Shown here: positions 1 to 9,559 of the stretch, one piece after another
Layout of the letters: each line of letters opens with the position of its first letter
How positions within the stretch are numbered: the first letter of the stretch is position 1
Source of the DNA: a virus
Length of the DNA stretch: 52,767 bases
Virus record (IMG/VR): IMGVR_UViG_3300034346_000019
Coordinates: 1-52,767 of that record
Direction: 5' to 3' (one strand)
Program-made: the position numbers and the translations under genes
Notes under the pieces: generated by a model
Database searches by the model: none
What the model saw: the letters and a program-made list of their open reading frames with translations, nothing else
Told to the model about the DNA's origin: nothing

Positions 1-55
1 CCACGATAACTGCTACGCGTGGTAAAATGAAGTTAATAGGTAATTTTGGAGGAAC
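1..55. repeat. Terminal overlap copy 1, identical to 52713..52767; marks a circularly closed or permuted genome
   Basis: 55/55 nt identity read directly at both window ends. Confidence 0.95.
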
Positions 56-860
56 TGCTAATTGGATGCACCAATTAAAAGAAAAATCTATTAAAGATAA
101 AGAATATGCTTATTATAGGATAACCGCGTGGGACGCAGTAGAAGCTGGAATATTAGATAGGGAAGAAATAGAGCAAGCGCAAAAAGATTTACCGCCTAAA
201 ATATTTAAACAATTGTATTTGGCAGAAGAACAAGAAAGCGATGATATGCTGTGTACGTTCGATTCTATTAACGACTTGTTTACTAATAATCATGTAAAGG
301 GCGGGAACAGATATATAACTGCGGATATTGCGCTACATGGTTCTGATAAGTTTATCATATTTGTATGGGAAGGGTTTAGAATTATACACTTTGTAGAGAT
401 CGACAAGTGTGAAGCAAATGAGGTTACAGAGTTGATAAAAAAAATAGCAACAAAATACAATGTCGGTAGATCGAATATCACTTATGATGCCGACGGTTTA
501 GGCTCGTTCCTTCGCGGGTATTTAAAAGGCGCAAAGCCATTTAATAACGGTGCTAGACCTTTGAAAGAAAATAATAAAGATACAAATTACAAAAACCTAA
601 AGAGCCAATGCGGCTACAAATTAGCTGAGCTAATCAATTCGAGAGCTATGTTTGTTGATTGTGATCTTGACAAAACGGAATTGATTAAAGAGTTAGAATG
701 CTTACAGTCTTATGCTCTTGATAACGATGGAAAAATTCAACTAATGCCAAAAGCTAAAATTAAAGAGTTAATAGGACATTCGCCCGATAAGCTTGACGCT
801 TTGATTATGCGTATGATATTTGAGCTAACACCAAAATCAAGCATTCGTATAAGAGTGTAG
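1..860 (+). CDS. terL: Terminase large subunit, C-terminal (nuclease) part; continues in frame from 52298..52767 across the circular junction (total about 424 aa)
   Basis: Position 27 equals 52739, which is in frame with ATG 52298 (441 nt = 147 codons). The N-terminal part carries Walker A/B motifs. Follows terS. Confidence 0.85.
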   Translation, partial: TITATRGKMKLIGNFGGTANWMHQLKEKSIKDKEYAYYRITAWDAVEAGILDREEIEQAQKDLPPKIFKQLYLAEEQESDDMLCTFDSINDLFTNNHVKGGNRYITADIALHGSDKFIIFVWEGFRIIHFVEIDKCEANEVTELIKKIATKYNVGRSNITYDADGLGSFLRGYLKGAKPFNNGARPLKENNKDTNYKNLKSQCGYKLAELINSRAMFVDCDLDKTELIKELECLQSYALDNDGKIQLMPKAKIKELIGHSPDKLDALIMRMIFELTPKSSIRIRV

Positions 861-933
861 AATAAAATCGACAATAATTAGTATAAACCCGAAAATTAAC
901 GTAAACTATTTTCGATAGTGTAGAAAATAAGAT

Positions 934-1476
934 ATGAAAAACATAACTGTATCGAAGTATAACAGGATTAAAAATAAGCTTAAATATAATATAATCTTGG
1001 AGCATATAAAGCCGAAGGATTCTTTTTTAAATGGATTTAACCTAGATAAGCTATCGTATAACGAAGTGAGAACAATTCAAAAGCTATTTACATCTGTTAA
1101 AACAATGGAGGATATGATGAAAATATTCACTACAGCTTATCAATGTAAAGATTATTTGTTTTGGAATATGAAAATTGTAAATTACTTCGAGACTAAAGCA
1201 TTTTTAATTGAAAAATTTGTATCTTTGAATGTATTGGAAAACAAGTTGTTAGGTGTTAAAAATGAGGATTCAGAGTTAAGAAATTCAGTAGCTGGAGGGA
1301 GGTTAGTTCCTTATGCTGCTATCTCAGTAATAGACGCTTACGCTAAGTTATATAAATTAGACCCAGAGGATTGCGGAAAAAAGTCATACAATCAAATAAT
1401 ATTCTATCTAAGTTATAATATTGTAACAAGCGATATAGATAGGCAAGTAAATAAATTGAAGTATGGAAGTAAGTAA
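934..1476 (+). CDS. Hypothetical protein (180 aa)
   Basis: Co-oriented ORF after terL; no motif recognised. Confidence 0.6.
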   Translation: MKNITVSKYNRIKNKLKYNIILEHIKPKDSFLNGFNLDKLSYNEVRTIQKLFTSVKTMEDMMKIFTTAYQCKDYLFWNMKIVNYFETKAFLIEKFVSLNVLENKLLGVKNEDSELRNSVAGGRLVPYAAISVIDAYAKLYKLDPEDCGKKSYNQIIFYLSYNIVTSDIDRQVNKLKYGSK

Positions 1477-1555
1477 TTCATAGAAAAAAATCTAAACTTA
1501 AAGATGTAAAGCAACGATCATATAGTTTAAAATCTATATTCTTAGAAAATAAGGA

Positions 1556-1708
1556 ATGAAATATAAAAAATATAAGGGCGGTATCGTTTATATTGGCGAA
1601 AAGAAAACTAAATGTAATCATAAATATGAGCCATTCCATAGAGGTTTTATGGTTTTAAGATCAGCTAGATACAAATGTGTTAATTGTGGAAAAATTAAAA
1701 TATATTAA
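1556..1708 (+). CDS. Small Cys/His protein (50 aa), zinc-ribbon-like
   Basis: ATG 1556; stop abuts the next ATG; CNH...H...CVNCG spacing. Confidence 0.35.
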   Translation: MKYKKYKGGIVYIGEKKTKCNHKYEPFHRGFMVLRSARYKCVNCGKIKIY

Positions 1709-2167
1709 ATGGCAAAAGACATAGTGGAGATATTTGAAGATTACGCAACAACGCAAAGCTTTAGGTATAAATACGGAAATAGAAACGTATTAAATCTGTT
1801 GCAATCAAATAGCGCAGATTTTCCAGACCAAGTTCATTTGCTTGTTGAGAGCGTGACAAGGCAATCGGAAATAGGTTCGATGGGTTTGTCAAGAAATGCA
1901 GTATTGTATTCAGGTAGGTATATTCTAGCATTACCTGATGATTACGCATCACATGTTTATAACGAGAATGAAACAGATATTTCCAAATCAAAATACAAAA
2001 TCAAGATTAAACCGTTGCTTACTAATTTTAAAGAATTGGAAAGTCAGTTCATGGCGTGCGATGGTTTAGATATATTGACTCATGAAAATAGTGACACTAT
2101 CAACTTCTTAGACGCAAACTTAACGGGTTTATTTTGCACGTTTAAATTTAGAGTTTATGAAAACTAA
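1709..2167 (+). CDS. Hypothetical protein (152 aa)
   Basis: Co-oriented ORF, tight spacing. Confidence 0.6.
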   Translation: MAKDIVEIFEDYATTQSFRYKYGNRNVLNLLQSNSADFPDQVHLLVESVTRQSEIGSMGLSRNAVLYSGRYILALPDDYASHVYNENETDISKSKYKIKIKPLLTNFKELESQFMACDGLDILTHENSDTINFLDANLTGLFCTFKFRVYEN

Positions 2168-2178
2168 AACCAAAACCA

Positions 2179-2349
2179 ATGAGTAAAAACCGACCATTAA
2201 AATTTACAATAACATTCAAGCTTCTAGGTAAAGAAGTAAAACCTTTAGATCAACAACTAACTGAAGCGTTAAAGATTGAAGATTACGTAACATGTGCAAA
2301 GATTCAGAGCAAAATGCAAGATCAAGAAATTAAAAAGTTGCTGAAATAA
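2179..2349 (+). CDS. Hypothetical small protein (56 aa)
   Basis: ATG preceded by the AAAACTAAAAC junction motif; fills a gap. Confidence 0.4.
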   Translation: MSKNRPLKFTITFKLLGKEVKPLDQQLTEALKIEDYVTCAKIQSKMQDQEIKKLLK

Positions 2350-2353
2350 AATC

Positions 2354-2737
2354 ATGGATATAAAAGACTTTATTCAAAAAATAGATAATAGAGAATTACA
2401 CGGAGAAAGCAACCAAGATGTTTGGGACGCTGCTTGGCTATGGGCTGACACGGCTAACAGTAACGATGATGATGTTCAATGGGGTTGGGATTGTGGGTTT
2501 AAATTAGATTACGATGGCAGTATATGCACTATTAGTTCTAGGTTTTATCCTCCGCATAAATCTAGTGAAGATTATAATAAATGGCACGGATGGATTATTG
2601 TTTATGTTTTAGATGATGAAGTTTCAAGAAAGAAAATAGAATCTGATACGTTAGAGGATTTAAAAATATCTACTGAGTTATACGTTAGTGGGATGGTGGA
2701 AAAATTAAAGGTGAACATTAAAGAATTATTGAAATGA
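2354..2737 (+). CDS. Hypothetical protein (127 aa)
   Basis: Co-oriented ORF. Confidence 0.6.
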   Translation: MDIKDFIQKIDNRELHGESNQDVWDAAWLWADTANSNDDDVQWGWDCGFKLDYDGSICTISSRFYPPHKSSEDYNKWHGWIIVYVLDDEVSRKKIESDTLEDLKISTELYVSGMVEKLKVNIKELLK

Positions 2738-2910
2738 AAAAAACATATAATACAACGATAAGCAAGACATCACAACGAAACTGCGTAAGTAAAAATATTA
2801 AGCAATGGATATTAACCAATAAGGTCAAGCATAATTTAGAAATTGCAGATAAAAACATTCAACATGTTGCTGATTCTGTTGCTAATAACATTGTAGGTAA
2901 GGGGTTATAG
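2734..2910 (+). CDS. Hypothetical small protein (58 aa)
   Basis: ATGA overlap with the upstream stop; fills a gap. Confidence 0.45.
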   Translation: MKKTYNTTISKTSQRNCVSKNIKQWILTNKVKHNLEIADKNIQHVADSVANNIVGKGL

Positions 2911-2912
2911 AA

Positions 2913-3116
2913 ATGAGCAAACTAAAACACTTAGACATAGATGTTAGCGCGAGTAAACTAAAATCATATATAATACAACTTGAAGCACGGTTGAAAGTGG
3001 CAGAGCGGGCGGAAAAACATAACGCTAGAAAAACCATGATGATAAGCGCAAGTTACCATAAAGGTGTTAGTGAGTCTTTAAAAAACGTTATTAGTGATTT
3101 AAAAAATATAACTTAA
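2913..3116 (+). CDS. Hypothetical protein (67 aa)
   Basis: Co-oriented, TAATG coupling to the next ORF. Confidence 0.55.
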   Translation: MSKLKHLDIDVSASKLKSYIIQLEARLKVAERAEKHNARKTMMISASYHKGVSESLKNVISDLKNIT

Positions 3117-3331
3117 TGTACAACGGAGCAGAAGTAGGCGAGCGTGTTAGTTTATTAGAAGATTATACAGTATGTGTAGTATTTAAGCATAAGCATAGAA
3201 ATATATCTTGGGACGTAGAAAAAGAGATTAAAAACGGAAACTTAATAATCGTTTATCCTGATGGGTCAATGTTAAAAAGTGAACATATAGGATTAGAATA
3301 TTTTAGAAACAATTATGTAAAAGTAAATTAA
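3116..3331 (+). CDS. Hypothetical protein (71 aa)
   Basis: Start/stop overlap coupling on both sides. Confidence 0.55.
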   Translation: MYNGAEVGERVSLLEDYTVCVVFKHKHRNISWDVEKEIKNGNLIIVYPDGSMLKSEHIGLEYFRNNYVKVN

Positions 3332-3546
3332 TGACAGATAAGAGCAAAGCAAAACAATTAGTTGATTTACTTGGTAGAGAAAACGCTATTGTAATATCTA
3401 ACGAAATATTTTTAGAGCATTATAATTATAGTGATCCATATACAGTTTGGAGAACTAAAGGAGAAAACTACACGAATAAAGAAAAATGCACCTATTGGAA
3501 TAATGTGCGAATAGAAATAGAAAACAATCCAGAGTTTAAAAAATAA
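3331..3546 (+). CDS. Hypothetical protein (71 aa)
   Basis: Start/stop overlap coupling. Confidence 0.55.
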   Translation: MTDKSKAKQLVDLLGRENAIVISNEIFLEHYNYSDPYTVWRTKGENYTNKEKCTYWNNVRIEIENNPEFKK

Positions 3547-4005
3547 ATGACAATCCTTTCAGAAAGTTTCGAGTTATTAAAAGACGACCTTATAAAAGCG
3601 TATGACGAAAAAGGAATGCGAGCGTCTGGGAAATGGGCGGACGCTTTAGAGGTTCGACAAGATAATCCTTTTAATGTAAAATTATTGGGTTTAGAATATT
3701 CGCAGCAATTAGAACACGGTCGAAGTGCTGGAGGTTTTCCACCGTTGGAAATTATTGAGCAATGGATATTAGACAAAAATATATTCGCAACGATTCAAGG
3801 GGATATAACATTAAGCAGTTTAGCGTTTTTAATAGCTAGAAAGATAGCGCGTGAAGGATGGAAGCGAGAAGGTTATGGGGGTGTTGATTTATTGAGTGAT
3901 GTTATTACACCGAAAAGAATACAAAATATAATAAATGAAGTAGGAGAAGCACAAGCGGCTGTGTATACTACTGAAATAATGGATTTAATAAAAGAGGTTG
4001 CATGA
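3547..4005 (+). CDS. Hypothetical protein (152 aa), possibly virion-associated
   Basis: ORF abuts its neighbours; LEYSQQLEHGRS...P segment faintly gp10-like; function unproven. Confidence 0.6.
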   Translation: MTILSESFELLKDDLIKAYDEKGMRASGKWADALEVRQDNPFNVKLLGLEYSQQLEHGRSAGGFPPLEIIEQWILDKNIFATIQGDITLSSLAFLIARKIAREGWKREGYGGVDLLSDVITPKRIQNIINEVGEAQAAVYTTEIMDLIKEVA

Positions 4006-4190
4006 AAATAACACAGATTATAAAAATAGTATTAGCAGTAACGCTGTTGTCTTTAGTTTTTGGAATTTTAGTAGAACTTCTTTTAAGTTTTGACTTTATG
4101 AAAACAAAAACGCCGCCTTGTCCGTTAGTTAGTTTTATTTCACCCTTTATAGTATTCAGTATAATCGCACATAAATTATATTACGACTAA
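4002..4190 (+). CDS. Small membrane protein (62 aa)
   Basis: Hydrophobic segments (ILAVTLLSLVFGILVELLL; ISPFIVFSIIA). Confidence 0.5.
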   Translation: MKITQIIKIVLAVTLLSLVFGILVELLLSFDFMKTKTPPCPLVSFISPFIVFSIIAHKLYYD

Positions 4191-4279
4191 TGACTGAAAA
4201 TCGAAAAGCAGATCCTTTAAAAGAGCTAACGAAAAAAGAAGGTAAACCTGATGAATTAAGAACTATTTACTAAAACAAC

Positions 4280-5422
4280 ATGGCAATAACATTCACAACA
4301 CCAATACCAACAGATAAATGGTTGTTTTCAGAAGAAAACAGAATCGTTGAATTTAATACAGATTCAGGAGTACAGCCTGTTTACTGCGATATTAACATAG
4401 GAGTCGATGCACAGGTTAGAATATATCCTTTACCTAACGGTTCGTTTTGGGTAAACCTCAAAGACTTCATTTCTCCACTACTTAGAAATTACGCGGATGA
4501 TGTAGATCCAACCACAATTGACCCTTTAGATATTGACACATTTGTCTTTAATTGGGATCGTATTTTTTTACACTCTAGTATCGACTTTACGCTGCGACTT
4601 ATAGATAATACACAAGAAACATCATCTTTCGTTCCTTTTATTCTATTAGGGGCTGAGCAGTTATATAATTATAAAAAGGGGTTTACTATTGAAAACTTAG
4701 ATGCTGCGATATTATCACCTATAAAGAGAGACACAGCGAATAGGTTTTATTTAAAGTATTGGGAAGGCTACCCGTTTGATTTTTGTATAACTCGTAATAT
4801 ATCGGGTATTGATAGTTCGCAAACAATTACAAATAATACTAACGGAATAACTTCACCAGCTATAGCAACGCCTTATGATGTAAATAGGTTATTCATATCT
4901 GATGGAGATAGCAATGTAACCCTAGAAGATTACTTACCACTTGTGCAAGGCTACAATGAGCTTGTAACTGATTCAGGAAACTATATAGAAGTTACTAAAA
5001 TAGATTCACAATGCGGCATATATTTAAAATGGCTCAATCAATATGGAGAGTATAACTATTGGTTATTCAATAATCAAAACAAGGTTGATAAACGAATTAG
5101 AAATTTAGGAGAGATTAACAATGATTTTTTCAATAAAGAGAATACGATAAGTCAAAGCCAGCAATTAGGAAAACAAAGTTTTGATTCATTCACAGTGAAA
5201 GCGGATTATTTGAAATCTGATGATATGGATTTACTGAAAGGAATTTTAACTAGCTCTAAAGTATACCTATTCACAGGGACACAGTTCACACGCAATAGCT
5301 TTAATGATTGGTTAGAAATAAATATTGTTAACACTAATGCTACTACCAAGAATGCGCGAGAACCAAACAACGAATTAACAGTAACATTTGAAATGCCTAA
5401 CGAATATAATATAACATTATAA
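4280..5422 (+). CDS. Putative virion structural protein (tail/baseplate module), 380 aa
   Basis: Large ORF at the head of a run of large structural-type ORFs; no specific motif. Confidence 0.6.
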   Translation: MAITFTTPIPTDKWLFSEENRIVEFNTDSGVQPVYCDINIGVDAQVRIYPLPNGSFWVNLKDFISPLLRNYADDVDPTTIDPLDIDTFVFNWDRIFLHSSIDFTLRLIDNTQETSSFVPFILLGAEQLYNYKKGFTIENLDAAILSPIKRDTANRFYLKYWEGYPFDFCITRNISGIDSSQTITNNTNGITSPAIATPYDVNRLFISDGDSNVTLEDYLPLVQGYNELVTDSGNYIEVTKIDSQCGIYLKWLNQYGEYNYWLFNNQNKVDKRIRNLGEINNDFFNKENTISQSQQLGKQSFDSFTVKADYLKSDDMDLLKGILTSSKVYLFTGTQFTRNSFNDWLEINIVNTNATTKNAREPNNELTVTFEMPNEYNITL

Positions 5423-5426
5423 ATCT

Positions 5427-5753
5427 ATGAAAGAATTAAGTCAGTTTCAGATATTCAAATTATGTAAAGATGAAAATGAGTTTGAATTATTAAAAGCAAT
5501 TGTATCAGAAAATAATGGTAAAATACACATTAAAGACATTAATGATAGAGGCATTACATGGCGTGAAGATGTTGTGATTGGAAACTACTCAACAATGTAC
5601 TTAAAAGATAAGACAGCTAAAAATATAATTAATGACTTCTCAGAAAAACAATTAAAAGAAAACAAACATAAAGCTATGTTAAAATTAGCTTTTAATGCAG
5701 CACTAGAGGGAAAAAGCTTTGAGGATTGGTATACAGAAATAAAAAATAAATAA
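5427..5753 (+). CDS. Hypothetical protein (108 aa)
   Basis: Co-oriented ORF in the structural block. Confidence 0.55.
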   Translation: MKELSQFQIFKLCKDENEFELLKAIVSENNGKIHIKDINDRGITWREDVVIGNYSTMYLKDKTAKNIINDFSEKQLKENKHKAMLKLAFNAALEGKSFEDWYTEIKNK

Positions 5754-7889
5754 TTGAAACTATTCATAAACGACATATCAATTCCGTTGCCGCTTAACTT
5801 TAAAATAGCGAGAACAAAACAAGCGAACGACATAGGTAGCCTAAACAACCGCCAAACTAATTACACCCAAAAATTAAAGCTTCCAAAAGTAAAAGAAACA
5901 ATTGTTGCCTTTGATAATTTAGGAGTTACAGGAAATGTGTCTAGGAAGCCATACGAACGAAATAGAGTGTTTCTGTATAATGATGACGGACAATCAGAAA
6001 TATATAACGGATGGGCTATAATTAACAGCACCGATAACTATTACAATGTTACGATTTACGATGGAGTAATAGACTTCTATAAAGCAATTGAAAACAAAGT
6101 AATTACAGATATAGGTGTAAGTGAATTAAATCACACAAAAAATACTGCAACGGTTTTAAATAGCTGGACGGCATCAAGTCCGTATAGATATATTGTGTCA
6201 GATTACGGAGGAAAAACAACCTTTAACGATGGGGTTGACGACATTTTAAATATCGATTACTTAGTTCCTAGCGTGAACGTGAAATGGTTGTGGAATAAAA
6301 TATTTAGTTTCTTTGAATTTACATATACAGGTGATGTATTTCTAACTGAAGAATTTACAAATTTATGGATGACCTTTCCCAAAGGTTTGAGTAATTCTGA
6401 GATTGTCCCCGAACTTATATATACTAATGATACATTTACAGCTATTTCAGCAGCTAGTGATGTTTCTTTGTACTTAGTACACACAGCTCCATCACCATCA
6501 CAAGGATCATTTTTAGCGAACAGTGCGGGGTTTACAGTTCCAAGCAATGCAACTTATGTATTTAATACAATAGGATCACTAACAGCGGATTTTGAATTGC
6601 AAAATGATGATATTGTATTTGATGTTTTTATGAATGGCTACATTGCTGTTAATCCTTTTAATTTAAGTAATGACCCCCCAGTAAATTTATACCCAATAAA
6701 TACAGGAGGTGACACGCTTATCCCACTACAAGAAGGTGATGTGGTTTACTACTACTACAGGTATGAAGGAGGGCAAGGATATTCTTCTATTGCAAACTTA
6801 AATATAAATCTAACACTTACTTATTCGCTGCTGCAAGGTGATGCAATAGATTTTGAAAATGCATTGATTAATTTTAAGGTTAAAGATTTTTTAAACGAAG
6901 TATTGTGGCGATTTGGTTTAACACCTTTCAAAGACAAGTACACTAATAATATAAACTTCTTAACGTATTCGCAATTAATTCAGAATACAAATTATTACGA
7001 TTGGTCAGATAGATTTGTAGGAGTTAAAGGAGAGTCTTACATGTACTCTAATTACGCACAAGTAAATAAATTAAAATACCAATATAACGACAAAGAAAGT
7101 GAATACAATGATGGAGAGCTAGTTATTAATAATAAAAACTTAGACGAAGAAACTACAGTAATAGCTTCTAAAATATACACAAGAGATTTGCAATTGTCGA
7201 TTATATTCGATGATAGTTACAATGTTTATTCTCTATGGGACGCACAGCCAAAAGAATTAACTAATGGTACTATAGAGATTAATTACAAATCAAAAGATAA
7301 AAGGTTTTATTTTCTTAGGTCAGAAACCGTTAATAAGAGTATTTACATAGGTAGTGAGTCATTGACGGAAAAGCAATCTATCTCAGAAATGCCAAGAGAA
7401 AGTTATTACCGATTACCTTTTCAAGATGTAGTACAGGATTATTACACACCTATTTATGGAATACTAAATGATTCGAAATTAGAAAATATATTGCTTCGTT
7501 TAGACGATAATTTGGTTAGTAATATAGAATTTAGTAGATTAGTGTATATTAAGCAATTAGCCGACTATTTTTTAATTAATAAGATACCTAATTATATAAA
7601 TAAAGGTGTTTACTCCGTTCAATCAATAAGAGTTAAATATACATCTATTATTCAAAGTAGTAACAATTTTGCAACTATTACAGATTATACGGGCGGAAAC
7701 TTAATTTTTGCACTGAATAACTACACAGAAGCAACTTTGACTTTACAAGTGAGTATTGATAATGGCGCAACGTGGAATAATGGTTCAATTTCGAGCGTAA
7801 GCCCTCATACAGTAGTTCTAACAATAGGGCAAATAGTAAGATTGAAACATATTAACGAAGATTTATATAGTAATATATACGAAATATGA
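5754..7889 (+). CDS. Putative tail tip / host-interaction structural protein (711 aa), TTG start
   Basis: Largest non-coiled ORF near the tail-fibre-like and tape-measure-like genes; Asn/Tyr/Ser-rich beta-type composition. Confidence 0.65.
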   Translation: MKLFINDISIPLPLNFKIARTKQANDIGSLNNRQTNYTQKLKLPKVKETIVAFDNLGVTGNVSRKPYERNRVFLYNDDGQSEIYNGWAIINSTDNYYNVTIYDGVIDFYKAIENKVITDIGVSELNHTKNTATVLNSWTASSPYRYIVSDYGGKTTFNDGVDDILNIDYLVPSVNVKWLWNKIFSFFEFTYTGDVFLTEEFTNLWMTFPKGLSNSEIVPELIYTNDTFTAISAASDVSLYLVHTAPSPSQGSFLANSAGFTVPSNATYVFNTIGSLTADFELQNDDIVFDVFMNGYIAVNPFNLSNDPPVNLYPINTGGDTLIPLQEGDVVYYYYRYEGGQGYSSIANLNINLTLTYSLLQGDAIDFENALINFKVKDFLNEVLWRFGLTPFKDKYTNNINFLTYSQLIQNTNYYDWSDRFVGVKGESYMYSNYAQVNKLKYQYNDKESEYNDGELVINNKNLDEETTVIASKIYTRDLQLSIIFDDSYNVYSLWDAQPKELTNGTIEINYKSKDKRFYFLRSETVNKSIYIGSESLTEKQSISEMPRESYYRLPFQDVVQDYYTPIYGILNDSKLENILLRLDDNLVSNIEFSRLVYIKQLADYFLINKIPNYINKGVYSVQSIRVKYTSIIQSSNNFATITDYTGGNLIFALNNYTEATLTLQVSIDNGATWNNGSISSVSPHTVVLTIGQIVRLKHINEDLYSNIYEI

Positions 7890-8224
7890 TAGTTGAAGAA
7901 ATAACAAAACCGCCTTATATTCATTTTGGATTAGGAAAAGAATCTTTAACGATTGAGATAGGTCAGTCTTTTAAAATATTCCAAAGGAATGTTTATTTAG
8001 ATGATTATGAATTTAAAATAAATAATGCGGCAGCAACTTATGAAAATGAATTTACAGCGTCGGCAATCGGAGAAACTACCTATAAGGTTACAATGATAAA
8101 TAAATTAAGTTCGGTTAAAGAAATAGATGGTAATATAATAGCCTTAGAAGTTGTAGGAGCTATTGCAAGTAGTAATAAGATATTAGCTAGTAGTAATTTA
8201 ATTAAAGCAGACGGAGGGATTTAA
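7886..8224 (+). CDS. Hypothetical structural-module protein (112 aa)
   Basis: ATGA overlap with the upstream gene. Confidence 0.55.
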   Translation: MIVEEITKPPYIHFGLGKESLTIEIGQSFKIFQRNVYLDDYEFKINNAAATYENEFTASAIGETTYKVTMINKLSSVKEIDGNIIALEVVGAIASSNKILASSNLIKADGGI

Positions 8225-8225
8225 C

Positions 8226-9554
8226 ATGGCTCAACAAATAATCAACAACGGAACAGTAGCGGGAGACGGAACAGGGGAAGTGCTTTTTTCGGCATTTGAA
8301 AAAGCTAATGATAATTTTACGGAATTATATTTAAGTAAGCGAGAAAATATAATTATATGCAACCAATCAAATAAAGACACAACATTAGGAGGTGTTATTG
8401 ATAGCGCGAAAGAATATTTTATTGACGGTGTTGTTGATATGGGTGCAACACAAATAACTGTTCCTATTGGTGGGATGACTATCAGAGGTTACTCTTTTGG
8501 TTTGAGTGGAATCATATCTAGTGAAGATAACTACACTATGTTTATATCTGAAAGTGCCCTGATAGGGTCTGGCAGCCTACTAGGTTTTGACTACTACATA
8601 GCCGTTTCAGGCGCATCTTCAAAAGTTTATGAATTATATGACGCTACAGGATTTAACGCCTTAGAGATCAATAGAGTTAATTATATTAATTGCTCATCTT
8701 TAGGCGATCTATATAACTATAGACAAGGGTTAGAGTTAGGTACAGGTAGATTTAACGGTAGTCCGTCATTAACTTTACATGGTCTTTGGTTAGGTGGTTA
8801 TCGGATTACCACCTCAATAGTTAGAGATATGAGTGATGTAGCAACAGAACCACTATTTAAGGAGGGTTTATTATTCCAAATGAATAGTAGATTTTTAACA
8901 GATATAAACGCTGACTTAGGCGACTTACAACCATTGTTAGATTTTCAACCTTCAAACTTTCCTAACGCTAGCACCTTACAATTAAAAGGGTGTGAGATTA
9001 CAAGGGGCGGGTCTTATGTGCCTAACGATGGAAATATAACACCTAATATAGATAGAGGTGATTTACCTTGTTATTGGAAAAGCAATAACGGAATACCTAA
9101 TACTTATCTAGGCGGCACAACAGAAGTTACAAGTGAGGAAACAACTGTAGTTAGTGCTGGCTCTACTTACTATGATTTACAAGGTGTCTTTACGGGTTCA
9201 GATTTGCAGCATTTTTCAGACAATGCGGATGGAGAATTAACTCATTTAGGAGTTAATCCTAGGGAATTTGAATTTACAGCATCATTGATATTAGAGAGTT
9301 CCGCAAATAACGACTTAACGGTAAGACTTGTTAAGTGGGATGATTCATCTAGTGCTTTTATAAACTTAGACTACACCGAGCAAACTAGGCAAGTAAACAA
9401 CTTACAAGGCGGAAGAGACGTGGCTAATTTCATGATAATTAATGGCGTTATTTTAGATGAAAATGATTTTTTGAAAATTCAAGTGAAAAATAATAGCGGT
9501 AACAATAATGTAGTAGCGGAAGTAAGTAGTTTTTTGAGAGTACAGGAAAGATAA
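8226..9554 (+). CDS. Putative tail fibre / tailspike (receptor-binding) protein
   Basis: N-terminus GTVAGDGTGEVLFSAFEKANDNFTELY matches the G-x-x-DGTGD-x-L-x-x-AF-x-K-x-N-x-NF-x-ELY motif common at phage fibre/spike N-termini. Confidence 0.6.
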   Translation: MAQQIINNGTVAGDGTGEVLFSAFEKANDNFTELYLSKRENIIICNQSNKDTTLGGVIDSAKEYFIDGVVDMGATQITVPIGGMTIRGYSFGLSGIISSEDNYTMFISESALIGSGSLLGFDYYIAVSGASSKVYELYDATGFNALEINRVNYINCSSLGDLYNYRQGLELGTGRFNGSPSLTLHGLWLGGYRITTSIVRDMSDVATEPLFKEGLLFQMNSRFLTDINADLGDLQPLLDFQPSNFPNASTLQLKGCEITRGGSYVPNDGNITPNIDRGDLPCYWKSNNGIPNTYLGGTTEVTSEETTVVSAGSTYYDLQGVFTGSDLQHFSDNADGELTHLGVNPREFEFTASLILESSANNDLTVRLVKWDDSSSAFINLDYTEQTRQVNNLQGGRDVANFMIINGVILDENDFLKIQVKNNSGNNNVVAEVSSFLRVQER

Positions 9555-9559
9555 ATAAT

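Noticed and set aside
290-481. 63-aa minus-strand ORF inside terL. The same applies to 805..1005, 1761..1991, 3492..3776, 5585..5848 and 6257..6547.
   Set aside because: These are antisense to longer, motif-bearing or tightly packed plus-strand genes. Their products are low-complexity and hydrophobic, as expected from translating AT-rich antisense sequence.
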